A stretch of 64,000 nt of DNA from assembly GCF_009914755.1 (NCBI RefSeq), contig NC_060933.1; one strand, given 5' to 3'. Below are positions 40,579-60,365 of this stretch, one piece after another. This DNA is from the human T2T-CHM13v2.0 reference genome, Homo sapiens. Made by a program: the position numbers and the translations under genes. Every line of letters begins with the position of its first letter. Position 1 is the stretch's first letter. A model generated the notes under the pieces. That model made no database searches, was not told the DNA's origin, and saw only the letters and a program-made list of their open reading frames with translations.

Positions 40579-42614
40579 CTCATGTAAATATGAAATATTT
40601 CTAGAAGGACATATAAGAAAAATCATAGCATTTTTTCCCTCTGGGTAATGGGAATGGGATAAAAATATAAAATGGATGTAGATATGGTTTGAACTATGTG
40701 AATCGTATGGCTTTTCAATTAAAAACAAACTGAAATAAATGTAAAAAAAATAATAAGTAGTGATTTTAATGCAGTTCTTTTTCCCATTGAAATTTCTCCA
40801 GGATGAAAGCCAATCGCTAAAGCTCAGTATACTGATATAAAACCTGAAAGTGAACATCAAGACCTTATCTTGATGTGAGAGTGAAGGGCAGTGGCTGGGA
40901 TGTGTGGGCATCAGTGTACTGGTAAGAAGAAAGACTTTCATGGGCTTTCAAATGCGAAGGAACAGCCTGGATGTCAGGAGGAGTCCCAGCTAGGGAGGTC
41001 ATTTGGTATAGCACAGAAGGAGCTTATTAGATTAAAAAACAACAACAGCGGCTACAAAACTGTATCTCAAGTTAAATGTCATCCTAACTTTGTAACATTT
41101 ATTAGTGGATGTAACCCGATAGAAATAAATAGCCTTCAAATTCTAGTTGTAATATTTATTTTAGTGGTGTTTTTTAAATTAATGAGTCTTTTTTTCCCAT
41201 GTTTAATGTTGAATGAATGATACTTATTCATGTCCTGGGTCATCAGTCCTTGACCATCACGTGATGTGGTGCAGACAGCACCTGGCTAAGAGTAACTAAC
41301 TGAGTGCTGTTTCTAAAATAGCCCCTAACAAACACCTGGCCAAGTACAAGGTGCTCAACACCTGTGAGCTTCCTCACCTTCGATTACAAAATGCAGGGTG
41401 GATGTGGAATCCAGTCACGCACTATAAGGCTGAACCTCGTGAATGTGCTGATATCTAAGTATCTTGACCTACAAAAACAGCAATTTCTTATGATCAAGCT
41501 AATAAATATACTTTGACTTTCAGGTTTAAAATCACCCATTTCTGCAGCAAAACTAAAGGGAGGGCAACACCAGTTTTCCACAGGGGCAGCTGCAGTTCAG
41601 ACTAACAAGTTCCTATCTAAGTTCTCCTCATTTTTAAATTCACATGGTGTAACTATTTCTCATGCTAAGATTTTATGAGTGTGTGCAAACACACACACAC
41701 ACACGCACAGAAGTGCTGCAACAAGCTACAATGAAGAAATCCCAAAGTAGACTGAACAATGGGTAATCTACAATAAGGAAGCAGAATGATGTAAAGCTTA
41801 ATATTTTATTGTGCTCTAAAGTAGTATTGAAGTTCAAAGTAAGTTAGCTTTGCTCAGTCCTCCACTTTCTCATCAAACCTTTGTGTTGATATACTCCCAG
41901 AGTTCTCACAGGGGATCCATTTGGAAGGGGAAAATGCATCAATACAAGTCTGCCATGGTTTGGGTGGGTGTGCTGGGTAAACCTTGTGAAGAAAGGCAGC
42001 GCATCGCTGTCTCAAAATATATGGCTTTGCTGTTGGAGCAGCCCGCTCTGTCTGCGACTTTAATCCGGCTTTCTTCTAGGATGGCTTCCTTTTTGCATTT
42101 CAGCTGCTGACTCGGTTTCTAAGTTGCTGCTACTAGTCAGTCACTAGAGTTTTGCATCTTTACTCTCATGACCATTTCTCCAGTTCTTGCTTTCCTTTGG
42201 TGTCAGGTATCACCCCCAAACGTTTGTCATCTCATCACCTCTGAATTAGGTCCTTTGACCAAGAGTAAAGCCATGTGTTTGCCAACTGGTCTCCGCCTCA
42301 GAAATATTTACTAATTTCTCTTCTGTCATGTGAATGACTTCTGAGATGGCTCCATATCCAGATGCCTTTCTGAATTACCATGAGATACAATGGCTTGTCT
42401 ACTCTTTGCCTGCCAGTATTTGAAACTCAGTTATTTTCCATTCTATCTTACAATTATTCTATGCTGGCCTTTCCCCCAAATTATACGTATGACATCAATT
42501 CATGACAAATCTAATTTTATATGCCACTGGCTAAAACATGTCATTTAGGCTATCTTTACATTCAGAATATTATTGCTCATTTCAGATTGTGAATTCCTAA
42601 TATATGAGTCCCTT

Positions 42615-43228
42615 TATCAGAAGCATTTGAACCATCTTGCGTAGGGGCTGGGAACACTGAGGCTGAGACCTGTTGGGCTCCATTCCTAGGAGGTTAAGGT
42701 ATTCTTAGTCACAGGATGAGACAGGAGGTCGGCGCAAGATACAGGTCACAAATACCTTGCTGATAAAACAGGATACGGTAAAGAAGCTGGCCAAATCCCA
42801 CCAAAACCAAGAAGGCTATGAGAGTGACCTCTGGTCATCCTTATTGCTCAGTATAAGTTAATTATAATTCATTAGCATGCTAAAAGACACTTCCACCAGC
42901 GCCATGACAGTTTACAAATGCCATGGCAACGTCCAGAAGTTACGCTATGTGGTCTAAAGTGGGGAGGAACCCTCAGTTCTGGGAATTGCCTGCCCCTTTC
43001 TTGGAACACTCATGAATAATCCACCCCTTGTTTAGCATATAATAAAGAAATAACTATATTTATCTGAGCAGCCCATGCTGCTGCTCTGCCTCTGGAGTAG
43101 CCATTCTTTCATTCCTTTACTTTCTTAATAAACTTGCTTTCACTTTCTGGACTTGTCCCAATTTGTTTCTTGCACAAGGTCCAAGAACCCTTTTTTGGGG
43201 TCTGGATCGGGACCCCTTTCGGGTAACA
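42615..43228 (+). mobile_element. MER41B (ERV1) solo LTR
   Basis: tatcagaagcatttgaacc...gaggctgagacctgttgggc...gccatgacagtttacaaatgccatggcaacg...aataaacttgctttcac...gggtctggatcgggacccctttcgggtaaca matches recalled MER41B consensus end to end. Confidence 0.9.
42977..43006 (+). promoter_or_regulatory. Tandem GAS (STAT) motifs within MER41B
   Basis: TTCTGGGAA (42977-42985) and TTCTTGGAA (42998-43006), both TTCN3GAA; motif presence only, activity unknown. Confidence 0.55.
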
Positions 43229-45044
43229 CTTTGTTTTATTTCCTCATATGGATAGATTCTTAAATCATCTCCACAATGAATATTTTCCTAATACTTTAAA
43301 ATATAATATGGATAAGAATAAATATTAATAATGCTATATTCTTAATGACTCTCTTTTTGATTAAAACGTAATATCATATCTCGTTCCATCACTGCTGGAT
43401 TACCTTACAGAGGTTTCTGCTTATAAAGAGACATGCATTTCTCAAGGAAAACTCTCCCTCATAAATAGCAGGACCTGAACAACATGGCTTCTCTCTCATC
43501 CGCGTTTCCATTTCCTGTCTAAATAGGCTTTGCATAAAATCCTTTGTTTATTGCGTTAGAAATATATTCTTCCTTTCGCAGATGTCCTTGTGGAATAACC
43601 TTTGGTGCTGTGGAAAAGATTCACGTGTCAAGACACTAGTTCTGAAGTAGCCGATTGGTGTCAAGCATGAGAATAAAAGATGGGCATTAAAAACATTAGC
43701 ACTTAACCTCAGTCAGGATTTTGTCTGTGAAACAGGAAAAATAGAAGAGAAGTCAGATTTGATCTGCATTCTGAAAATGAGAATTTTTTTATATTTAAAC
43801 TCCTCTTATTTTGTATTCCTTAATGTTCTTATTAATCATTCATATCAAATGGCTTGTCTTTCTTTCAGAGCCTTGAACATTTTAAAGACACCATGTCATT
43901 CTTTTTACAAGAGAGAGAAAAAATTACGCAGTTGAAAGAGTTCCCAAGGGAGCTATTGTGCTACACTCTGGCAAAAGTTTTATTAGCTAAACTTCTGACT
44001 GAAAGGAAAAATAAATTCAGGTTTAGGAACGGCTTCTATTTATTGTAAGGAAGTTTGCAAAAATTACTGAAAAATATCCCAAGAACACAATGTAAATTTA
44101 CTCTGGTGGTATTTTTTCCATCCTTGCTTCTCCAAAATAATAAAAAAAGTTAAACGGCCAATAAATTTACATTAACAGTCAATTGTCTACCCTTGAATCA
44201 GAATGAATTCATTACTTCGGTAATTAATTAAGCAAGCTCAAATGAAAACTAGGTTCTCCTGAAGAGCTTGCATGTCAGTATTGTCAAGTCACAGTTAAAA
44301 CATCTCTAAACAGAGAAATTAGCCCTATCACATCTCATTAATTTGTACTATGGGTTTCTTTTATTGTTCTATTTAGAATCTTAATACTAAGATTTTTTTT
44401 CTTCATCTGAGCTAAATTCCTTAAGCTATGACACAAAATCTTTTGCGAAAATTATTTCTGAAAGGAAACTGCATTTGTGTGCTGTGACCGGGCAGAGTAA
44501 GCTGTAGCTACCTCTGAGTTCAGGTTCAGGAATATGCATTTCTTATCCTTCCCAAATCTTTTTTCATGTTACCTGCTTTGGGCATTGTTTGGAGCTTCTG
44601 GTTGCCAGAGGTCCTGTAGGATCACATCTTAGATCAAGGCAGGCCTACCTTCCAGAGCTGCAGAACACTGGGTACTGAGCTGGTCATCCTCACCCTTTCT
44701 CTCTTCTCTTCTCTTCTCTCCTTTCCTCTCCTTCCTCTCATCTCCTCTATCCCTTCCCCTCTGTGGATCCTTACCCTCCAGCTCCTTGGGTTGTGGCACC
44801 AAAAACGTGGCTGGATCTGGTACCCAAGCTAATGTGGTAGAGGAAAATAATTAGTGAAAACCATCAGCACACTCCCTCTGTTCTGGCTTCTTTGTGCATT
44901 TTAACAGTGGAGTCTGGAAATAATAGTCCCACTTCAGCTATTTAACCCAAGACTGACTGGAATGCTAGGAATGTCAAATCAGGTAGGGCAGAATTTTGTC
45001 ATCAGAGCAAGCAAATGTCAGGTGAACTGGAAGACAAAGCAGGA

Positions 45045-45240
45045 CGTAGGTAAGAATGCAGATTCTGAGTCAAATCAGTTGGGTTCAAATACTGGCTTCA
45101 TTTGCTAGCTGTATGAACTTGGACTAGCTGATTAACCACTTTGTACCTTGTTTCTTCATCTATATAGTAGGTGTTATTATAGAACATACATTATAGGATT
45201 ATTGTGAAAATGAAAACAAAATAATCTATAAATTAGTGAT
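45045..45240 (+). mobile_element. MIR SINE
   Basis: gggttcaaatactggcttcatttgctagctgtatgaacttggac...tgtttcttcatctata. Confidence 0.75.
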
Positions 45241-45731
45241 AGATCGGAGGTCATCAGTAAATTGATGAATGGATAAGAGTAGATGCCTGATTGCAGAGGA
45301 CTGAGGAGAGGAAATGAGTTAATGAAAAGGAGAGAGCAAATGATGAATACTTTCTGTAGAAGTCGGGATGCTTAGAAAAAGAGAGTGGGACAGCAGTAGC
45401 AAGAGGGACATCGGGCAGGAGACAGTGTGAAGTGGAAGCTAGAGCGACTAGAGCCTGGTCACTGCCAGGGATGCTGGTGGAACTCCCATGCCCATCAACA
45501 GCTTGGAGACAGAAGAAACTCACAGAGTAGCTGAGGGGCAACGTCCCAGAGGGATGGCAGGGAAAAGGATCCAGAACACAGAAGACACTGAAAAACAGTG
45601 ATGTTTTCTGAAACAGGAGGAAAATAGCTAATTATATACGCTTTATTTTAAATTTCTGAAAGGGAGTTTATAGCTGTTTCTTATCTACTTGATGTTCAGA
45701 AGATTCAAGCTCTGTGATATGAGTGATGAAG

Positions 45732-46035
45732 GATCAGGTGCTGTGGCTCATACCTGTAATCCCAACACTTTGGTAGGCTGAGGCAGGCAGATCCCTTGAG
45801 TGCAGGAGTCTGAGACCAGCCTGGGCAACACAGTGAGACCCCTGTCTCTACAAAAAAATACAAAAATTACCTAGTTGTAGTGGTGTGTGCCTGTAGTCCC
45901 AACTACTCGGAAAACTAAGGAAGATTGCTTGAGTCTGGAAGATCGAGGCTGCAATGAGCTGTGATCGAGCCAGTGCACTCCAGCCTGGGTGACAAAGCAA
46001 GAGCCTGTCTCAAAAACAAACAAACAAACAAAAAA
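45732..46035 (+). mobile_element. AluJ
   Basis: gagaccagcctgggcaacacagtgagaccc; gatcgaggctgcaatgagctgtgatcg; (CAAA)n tail. Confidence 0.88.
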
Positions 46036-47344
46036 GTGATAAGGGAAAAGTGGAATTAAGGTAGGAAATGTTTATGTGTGTGTAGTAGAGGATGTGGAAT
46101 GGAAAAAGATTTTGACAGGGAACAACAAGAGTCCCTAGTAATAGTACATTTCTACACTGGAAACACCTGCCCAGACCACTTAAATCCGAACCTCAAGAGA
46201 GTAGGAACTAAGCAGTATGTTAAAGAATCCACCTGATGATTCCCATATTCATTCAAGGCTAAGGACCATTGTCCTCGTAGCATACAGACCCCAGGATGGA
46301 GACCATGAATAGGGACCACACCCGCACAGCTGGGGGGTTTTCCCCAGCAATAGTCAGCTGTTTGCAGAACCTGTGAAGGCAACTGAGAAGACTGACCTAG
46401 AATTAGCATCTGCAGGTATGCCGACATTGAGGATTTGGCTACATAAATGCTAACAAATTGGCAAAAGAGTCTGGAAAAAAAGGTACCATGCTGTTTGGGC
46501 AATGTGGAGAGGACAATTAGATCAAGAGAGGCTGATAATGAAAATCAGAAAGAGTCAGCATGTCAAAGAAGCTATAGTGTGGGAGTGAGAGATCTGGGAA
46601 TATCTAGAGGTGTACAGTCAACAGAGAGTTTAAATAAGATTTCAAAGATGGTGCCCCCATCCCAGGTGGTGATGAGGTTGGCCATGGGAATGAGGCTGAA
46701 GTGAAGCAGCTGGAGCTCATTTGCATCAGGGAACTTGAAGTCAAAGGATCTTATTGGTATTCCTCAAGGATGTTCATATTGTGGCTTTGGGATAGAGGAG
46801 ATGGTGATAAGTGTAAGGGAATGACTCGGAGTTTAGAAAATGAATTACAATGGCCAGGAAGGGTAGAGGGAGCTATAGTCAAATGATATTTAAGAGAAGA
46901 GATAACTTTCTCATTGTGTTAGTTCAGTTACTTTTGTGAGGAGGTGCAATGTTATGAAATCAAAGGAGATTGGTGAAAATGTATCCAGACCCCACCACAA
47001 ATAAGATGAGGGGAAACGAGGAAACTGCATTCCTGAGTGTTACAAGGGCAGGGGTGTCCAAAAGGAAGACCTGAGTTTTAATCAAGGTGTAGATCAGTGT
47101 CTGACACCCAATATAACTGAGTATTTATTGTGTACCAGGTGAGATTTTTAGAATTTTAGCTGCATTCTATTATTTACTTTTTCATCATTAACTTGGGATG
47201 AAGAAATACAACTTTAGAGAGGCTCAGTAATGAGCTCATGTCACACAAGCAGAGCCTGTACCAGAAACCTTGGGCTGCCCACCTGGGGAGCCAGTCTCAA
47301 TTTCTAGGCTACACCAGAATATTCTCAGATAAGATTAAAGTAGT

Positions 47345-47452
47345 CTTTTTTCTTCCTTCTTTCCTCCCCTCAACCTCATCCCCCTTCCCTCTCTCCTTTC
47401 TTTTTCCTTTCCCTCCCTTCCCTTCCCCTCCCCTCCTTTTCCCTTCCCTTCT
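47345..47452. repeat. CT-rich polypyrimidine tract
   Basis: ttccttctttcctcccc...ttccctcccttcccttcccctcccctcc. Confidence 0.85.
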
Positions 47453-48162
47453 TTATGAGGGTCAAAGAGTGCACAGAAAAAAAACTGTGGGGAAGGAAGA
47501 AGAGTAGTGGGGAGTGCATGGGCGGATGGGAGTGTAGAGAGCCCAGAAAAGGACAGATTGATCTGAGGATCAACGGCATACGATTTGAAGACATGTCCGG
47601 GGATGATAGGGATGAGAGGCCTGGGGGAATGGCTGCTCTCGGGTCTCTGATTGGAATTCTGGAGTGATGTGGTTTTGCTGCCATCCCAGCCCAGAACGTG
47701 TCTCTCTTCAGGGTTCCACACAGAAACATTAATCCCTAACTGTTTGGCACGCTGTGGATTCTATGGATTCTGTCTCCCTGGTGGGAGTGAGGGCGATGAT
47801 CAGGCACAGATGTTCCCCCTCAGGTTTGGAATTTATCAGTGAGGACGAATTTAGTGCTGGGCAAAATGCATTTCCTGCCTTTTAAAGGAATATGGATTTG
47901 CTCAGCTGAGGACTCCAGGGCACTTTCATGCAGAAGGGGCAGGAGACTTAGTTCTAGGCCCAAGTTCTTTTCCCTCTGAGTCATAGGAACCCCCTCCTCC
48001 TTTCTAGTCCCTCTGGCATTTTGTCCTCTAAAGAAATCTGAACCCAAGTGGTTGGTCCTAAAACACTATCACAAACAGAGAACCAACCGAGAGAGGGAGA
48101 AAGGATGAAAAGGAGATGCAGGTGAGAGGGGCGAGGGGCAGGGTGCTGGTGCAGTTCACACC

Positions 48163-48298
48163 AGAAGGAAGGAAGGAAGGAAGGAAGGGAGGAAGGGGCA
48201 GAAGGGGGGAGGGGGGAAGGGGGAGGGAGAAGGGAGGAGTGAGAGAGGGGAGTGGGGGAGGGAGGGAGGGAGGGAGGGAAGGAAGGGAAGGAAGGAAG
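48163..48298. repeat. GA-rich/G-rich tract ((GGAA)n, (GGGA)n)
   Basis: aggaaggaaggaagg...gggggaggggggaagggggagg...gagggagggaggg. Confidence 0.85.
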
Positions 48299-50171
48299 TC
48301 TGAATGCTTTCATCTCACCCCACCCTTCTCCAGGCTGGAGGCAGCAGAACTCGACTAGACTCATTTCTTTCTATTTATAATTTGCTATGTCATTTTAAAA
48401 TTTAATTTTTAATTTATCTTCCCATTTAAACTTAATTTGGGATTGAATTTGCTTTGGTTTTGCTTTCTGCTTTTTTCCTCCTGATTTTAGCTTTAGTCAC
48501 CAGTTACTTCTTATTATTGACATTTTACTTTGTATGCTGAAGGCTAATTTTCTACCTTCATTCAAAGTCTGAACCCTGCAGCGATGCCAAATAATACGGA
48601 GAAGTCTGATTGTCCTTTATAAAAACAGCAAAACTTTTTAAGTTAAATCACATTCACCTTGAAAGAAATCATGTGCTCAATAAACCCTGAGAACTGCGGC
48701 CCCAGGGACTCACCGTGCCCACATTTTAGTTGTATTTTCACATGCAGATTAATGAATGTGACTAACATCTCATAACTCGTATTTTAAAATGTAATACAGT
48801 ATTTAATATACATTGCATAGGAAGACTGAACCGTGGCTTACGTTGATGAGTACTGTGAGAAACAAATTCTACATTGGGGTGAAAATGAATAAAATTAGAA
48901 GTTGGGACTGAGAAGGACTGCAAGCTGCTGTGAGCAAGTGAACAGGAAACTGACCCTCTGCAGACTTGAGTAGGACCAGACACAACTCTTCTAGAAAGAC
49001 AGAGTAGGAAAACATCTTCCTTTTTCAAAGTGTATGTAGTTAGAGCCCCCCACCCAATGCATTTTCTTCCATTATTACCTATTTTTTAATATTCTATTTT
49101 TCAATCTAATTTCCCTTTTCCAGAGTGGAAAAACAACATTTAACTCTGGGAGAGTTTTAGTGTAATTTTGAAATCTGTTAAGCTTGCTGAAAGTTAAAAA
49201 GAAGGGAACATATTTTAAAATTTACATTTTGCTGCGTGGTTTCTGTGGTATGTGTAGGCCTCTTGGCTATGAAACACCCAGCTGCTATCACCTTTCAAAC
49301 TCCTTTGTGAATTTATTAGAGCAAGACCCAAGAAACAAAAACAAAACCTTGTCTTCCTTGTTTTCTTTCAACCTTGCTTCATCCCAAAGTGTACTTGAAA
49401 TGGAAATCATTTGAATTTTCCACAGTGCATTATGTTTACTGATATCTATACATCTTCCCTCAGATAAGATCCTAGGAGTAATCACCATTACCTCCATTTT
49501 GCAAATGAAGATGGGAAATTCAAGGGGGATGAGTGATTTACATCATACTTGGAATTGTGACAGGTCTTGAACTCTGGTTTATTTAGATCTTCAAGTTAAA
49601 AAACCTTCCCCCCAACCCTGCCTCACCACAGAATCCAGCACTGCCTCCCTCAGTTTATAAGTAGGTGACATGTGGACAGAAAGATTCTGGAAACTCCTGG
49701 TTTCTCAGGGTGGCAGGATTTTCTACTGGAAGTTTCTCACAGGCCGGTCCTTGTGTGGTTTGCAAAGTGAGCCCACAGCACTGACTATGGGGAGGAAGAC
49801 GGGGACAACAGCTCGGTGGGAAATGAAAGCAGCAGAGAATTCTGACTGTCCTCCATCTACCCCATGGCTGTCCTGCAGCTGCAGGACTCTGTTGGACAGT
49901 TCCAGTGGCCCCTGTTGTTCTCCCAGTTGCTCCAACTTGGAAGACGGAATCCCAGAGGACAGGTTGCTATTGGGCCTCTAAGCTCCTCACAGCACTGAGG
50001 ACCTACAGAAAGTTCAGTGACAGGAAAGTCTGAGCCCCACCGAGATGATATTAAAGATGCAGATTGCTATTCTGTGTTTAACTGAATCTTCAAGGTGTGA
50101 ATGTCAAGCTGAAAATGACATGCCAATATTAAGACATTAGACCAACTCAGTTTGTGATTTTAAAAATTATA

Positions 50172-50592
50172 CCATATTTTGTTTATCCATTCCACTCATC
50201 AGTGGACATTTGGGTTATTTCCACATCTTGGCTATTGTGGATAATGCTGCAGTGAACATAGGAGGGCCAATATTTCTTTAACATCTTCATTTTATATTGG
50301 GGGGGTGTATATACCCGAAAGTAAGATTGCTGGATCATATGTTAGTTCTATTTTTAATCTTTTGAGGATTTGCCATAATGTTTTCCATTGCAGCTGCACC
50401 ATTTACATTCCCATCAATGGTGCAAAAGGGGTTCCTTTTTTTCACATCCTTGCCAACACTTGCTATCTCTTTCGAAATAAATTTCAGTTAAACAAGTTCT
50501 AGCGATCTGCTGTACAAAACTGTGCCTATAGTTAATGGTACTGTATTGTTTAAGATGATAGATTTCATGTTGAGTTTCTTACAATAAAAATA
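50172..50592. mobile_element. Old L1 (L1MA/MB) with a 5' inversion: - strand piece 50172-50472 joined to + strand 3' end 50473-50592
   Basis: Antisense tttatccattccactcatcagtggacatttggg..., then sense aacaagttctagcgatctgctgtac...acaataaaaa; flanks aattataccata / aattatgccata. Confidence 0.7.
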
Positions 50593-51510
50593 ATTATGCC
50601 ATAAAATATGCATAAGACTTTTTCAATGAATGTAATACTCAAAATCTGCAATGGAAATGCTTCTTAGCAACAAGGGACCAATAGGAGGATTATATCCTTT
50701 CATTCTTCAGCTATACTTAAAGTGGGTATTTAGAGTTGAAAAATAATCAGTGTATTTTCACTGTTTTTATTTGGAGTCACTACACAAACAGCTATAAAAT
50801 TTTGAAGAAAAATAGGCTTATGCAGAAGTATAGAGAGGAAAGATTACATACATCCACAGACCTGACTCCTAGCAAGCGCAACTTGTAAAGTATGAAACAG
50901 CTTATATGTTACGAGTGTAATTATAAATTGGCAAAATGTCCTTTTTATCACACTCCAGTACATTTTTATTGCTTTCAGCTTGCTCAAGGTTTTATATTGC
51001 TCAGGATTTTTCTCTGAAATGTACTTGGAGGAGAGAGCTATACATCGTAAAGCCATACACTATCTTAGAAACCCTTACCTCCTGAACCACTTCTTCTGGC
51101 ACAGGCTTTATCCTTTTCCTTTTCTTGTTAAGTCCACAGAACCATCTCAGGGCAAAATGGTGAAGTGGGCCAACGTAGTCTTTTCTAGTTCTCTGTGTGG
51201 TTCACCCATTCACCGATCTGAATTTCTTCGGACCCCGTCTGAGTCGGTTGTCCTCAGGAGTCGTGTAAACTCTCTGGGCCCCAGCCTGTGCGCTCCTTGT
51301 TTCCTAGTCCAGGGAGTGCCGGTGTTCTGGTTTAATAAACATCCTGGACAAATGAATGAAAAAGGCACTAACTGATAAGAATCCCCATAAAAGGCTATTT
51401 AAACTTTAATAATGAACTTTAAAAGGCTTGTAGGCCCAAAACAATGAGTATTTTGATGGTGACAACTCAGATGTGAGAAATGGAGGTGATACCTTGAGAG
51501 AAAGTGACTG

Positions 51511-52035
51511 CAGTAGTCCCCAAATCCCTGGTGGATGCCAGAAACTGCAAACAGTGCTGAACCCTATATGTACTATGTTTTTTTCTTATACATACACACC
51601 TGTGATGAAGTTGCTTTTATAAATGAGGCACAGAGATTAACAACAAGAACCACTAATAAAATAGAAAATTGTAGCAATATGCCAGCATCACTACTTGTGC
51701 ACTTTGGAGCCGTTGTTGATTGAAATAAGTGATTTGAACACAAGCACTGTGATACCATGACAACCCACCTGATAACCCAGAGGGCTACTTAAGTGACTGA
51801 TAGGTGGGTTGCTTATAGGGCATGGATATGCTGGACAAAGGGATGATTCACGTCCCATGCAGGACAGAGCAGGGTGACACGTGTTTTCATCACATTACTC
51901 AGGATAGTGAGCAATTTAAAACTTATGAATTGCTTATTTCTGAAATTTTCTATTTAATATTTTCAGGCTGTGATTAACCACGGGTAATTGAAACTATGGA
52001 AAGCGAGCGAAACTGCAGATAAGGGGAGACGACTG
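51511..52035 (-). mobile_element. MER44 (Tigger7-derived) DNA transposon relic
   Basis: TIRs cagtagtcccc ... gataaggggagacgactg(ta); internal ggatatgctggacaaagggatgattcacgtccc. Confidence 0.85.
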
Positions 52036-52396
52036 TATTTCTGATGTACTTCGAATTATACTTTAAAATTTGTCTATAGAAAATTGTTTGTGTTTATTCT
52101 TACAGACCTGTGGAACCAATTTTTAAATCTCCTAGGCAGGCTAAAATAATTGCTTTTGCTATCTCATTTTTTATAAACATTTATTTGTGAGATAAATCTT
52201 TACTTTTATCTTACAAATAAAAAAGATAAAGAGATAAAGAATATAATAAAATATATTTGCACTTCTAAAATTTGTATTATTAAGCTTTAAATAAAATACA
52301 GGAAAATAGTTCTACTATACTAAACTAAGGAATTTTCTTCTAAGCCTCAAATCTAAAAATCTATAAACTAATCTGAAAGAAAAGTAATGAAAATCA

Positions 52397-52837
<441 letters not shown>

Positions 52838-53102
52838 TCAAAAACATAAGCTATGATGATGATGATGATGATGATGATTTGAATTTGAGAATATAATCCC
52901 ATTTTCTTTGGGCTATTCAAAAACTAGCAAAAAGTCAATTAGTTAAAAAAATTTCATTTCAGAAATTAGTTTCTGTGGCCTAGAGGAAAAATACACTGTG
53001 TATTCTCATCAATCACTGATTTGAATGGACACTTAAAATACACCTCCATGTGCAGGTAAAAAGAAGTTACTCAATGGTGAGCAACCTTGTGGACTAGAAA
53101 TA

Positions 53103-53438
53103 CAGTCATCCCTGGATATCTGCGGGAGATTCATTCCAGGAGCCCCCCACCCCCAAAGATACCAACGTTCATGGATGCCCAAGTCCCTTATATAAAATGG
53201 TGTAGTTTTGTATGTAACCTTTGTACAGCCTCCTGTATACCTAAATCATCTCCAGATTACTAATAATACGATGCAAATGCTGTAAAAATAGTCGTTATAC
53301 TATATTGTTTAAAGAATAATGGCAAGAAAAAAATGGTTGTGCATGTTCAACAAAGTCACAGCCATCCATTTTTTCCCCACTATTCTTAATCACAGTTGGA
53401 TTCATGAGTGCAGAACCCATGGATATGGAGGGCTGCTG
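53103..53438. mobile_element. MER2 (Tigger) DNA transposon relic
   Basis: (ta)cagtcatccctggatatctgcgggagattcattccagga...caagtcccttatataaaatgg...gaacccatggatatggagggctgctg. Confidence 0.85.
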
Positions 53439-53623
53439 AGTGTACTATATCCCTAGAAAGTTATTCTGAAATAGAGATAAGTAAGCGTAAATCTTACTCA
53501 TATTTACAGGGTTGCAGCATTGTTTATAAGAGTGAAAATTGACAACTCTCTAATATCTAGAGGTTTATCTATCTGGAACAGGAAGATCATTTTAAATATA
53601 TACCATCCAAAACTATGCAGATC

Positions 53624-59390
<5,767 letters not shown>

Positions 59391-59653
59391 TTACAAAGTA
59401 TTAGTGAGACCCAAATTCATAGAAAGATTTCCATGACATATATCATTTAAGTGAAAAAAGAAGTTGGAGAAAACGTGCACTGTGCAAAAATAAAGTACGT
59501 GTGAATATAATGTTAAAGAACTCAAAGTGCATTCACTGATCTGGTTATTCTAGGGAGGAGAACAGATTGGCAAAAGATGACTTACTCATTTTATTCCATA
59601 TATTTAGATATTTGAATTTTTACAAGGACACATTCATGTACATAAATACATAG

Positions 59654-60193
<540 letters not shown>

Positions 60194-60209
60194 AATATGT
60201 AAGTAATTA

Positions 60210-60365
60210 AAAATAATGATAATGAACACTTTGTGTGTACTATGTGTCAGGCACTGTTCCTCACACCATCACTCTGAAATATATACTATTTTCATAATTT
60301 TATGGATGAGGAAACTGAGGCACTGAGGATTTTTGTCCAAAGTCCCACCTTTAGTGAGTGGTTCC
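60210..60365 (-). mobile_element. MIR SINE
   Basis: tactatgtgtcaggcactgttc...tttatggatgaggaaactgaggcactgag. Confidence 0.75.
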
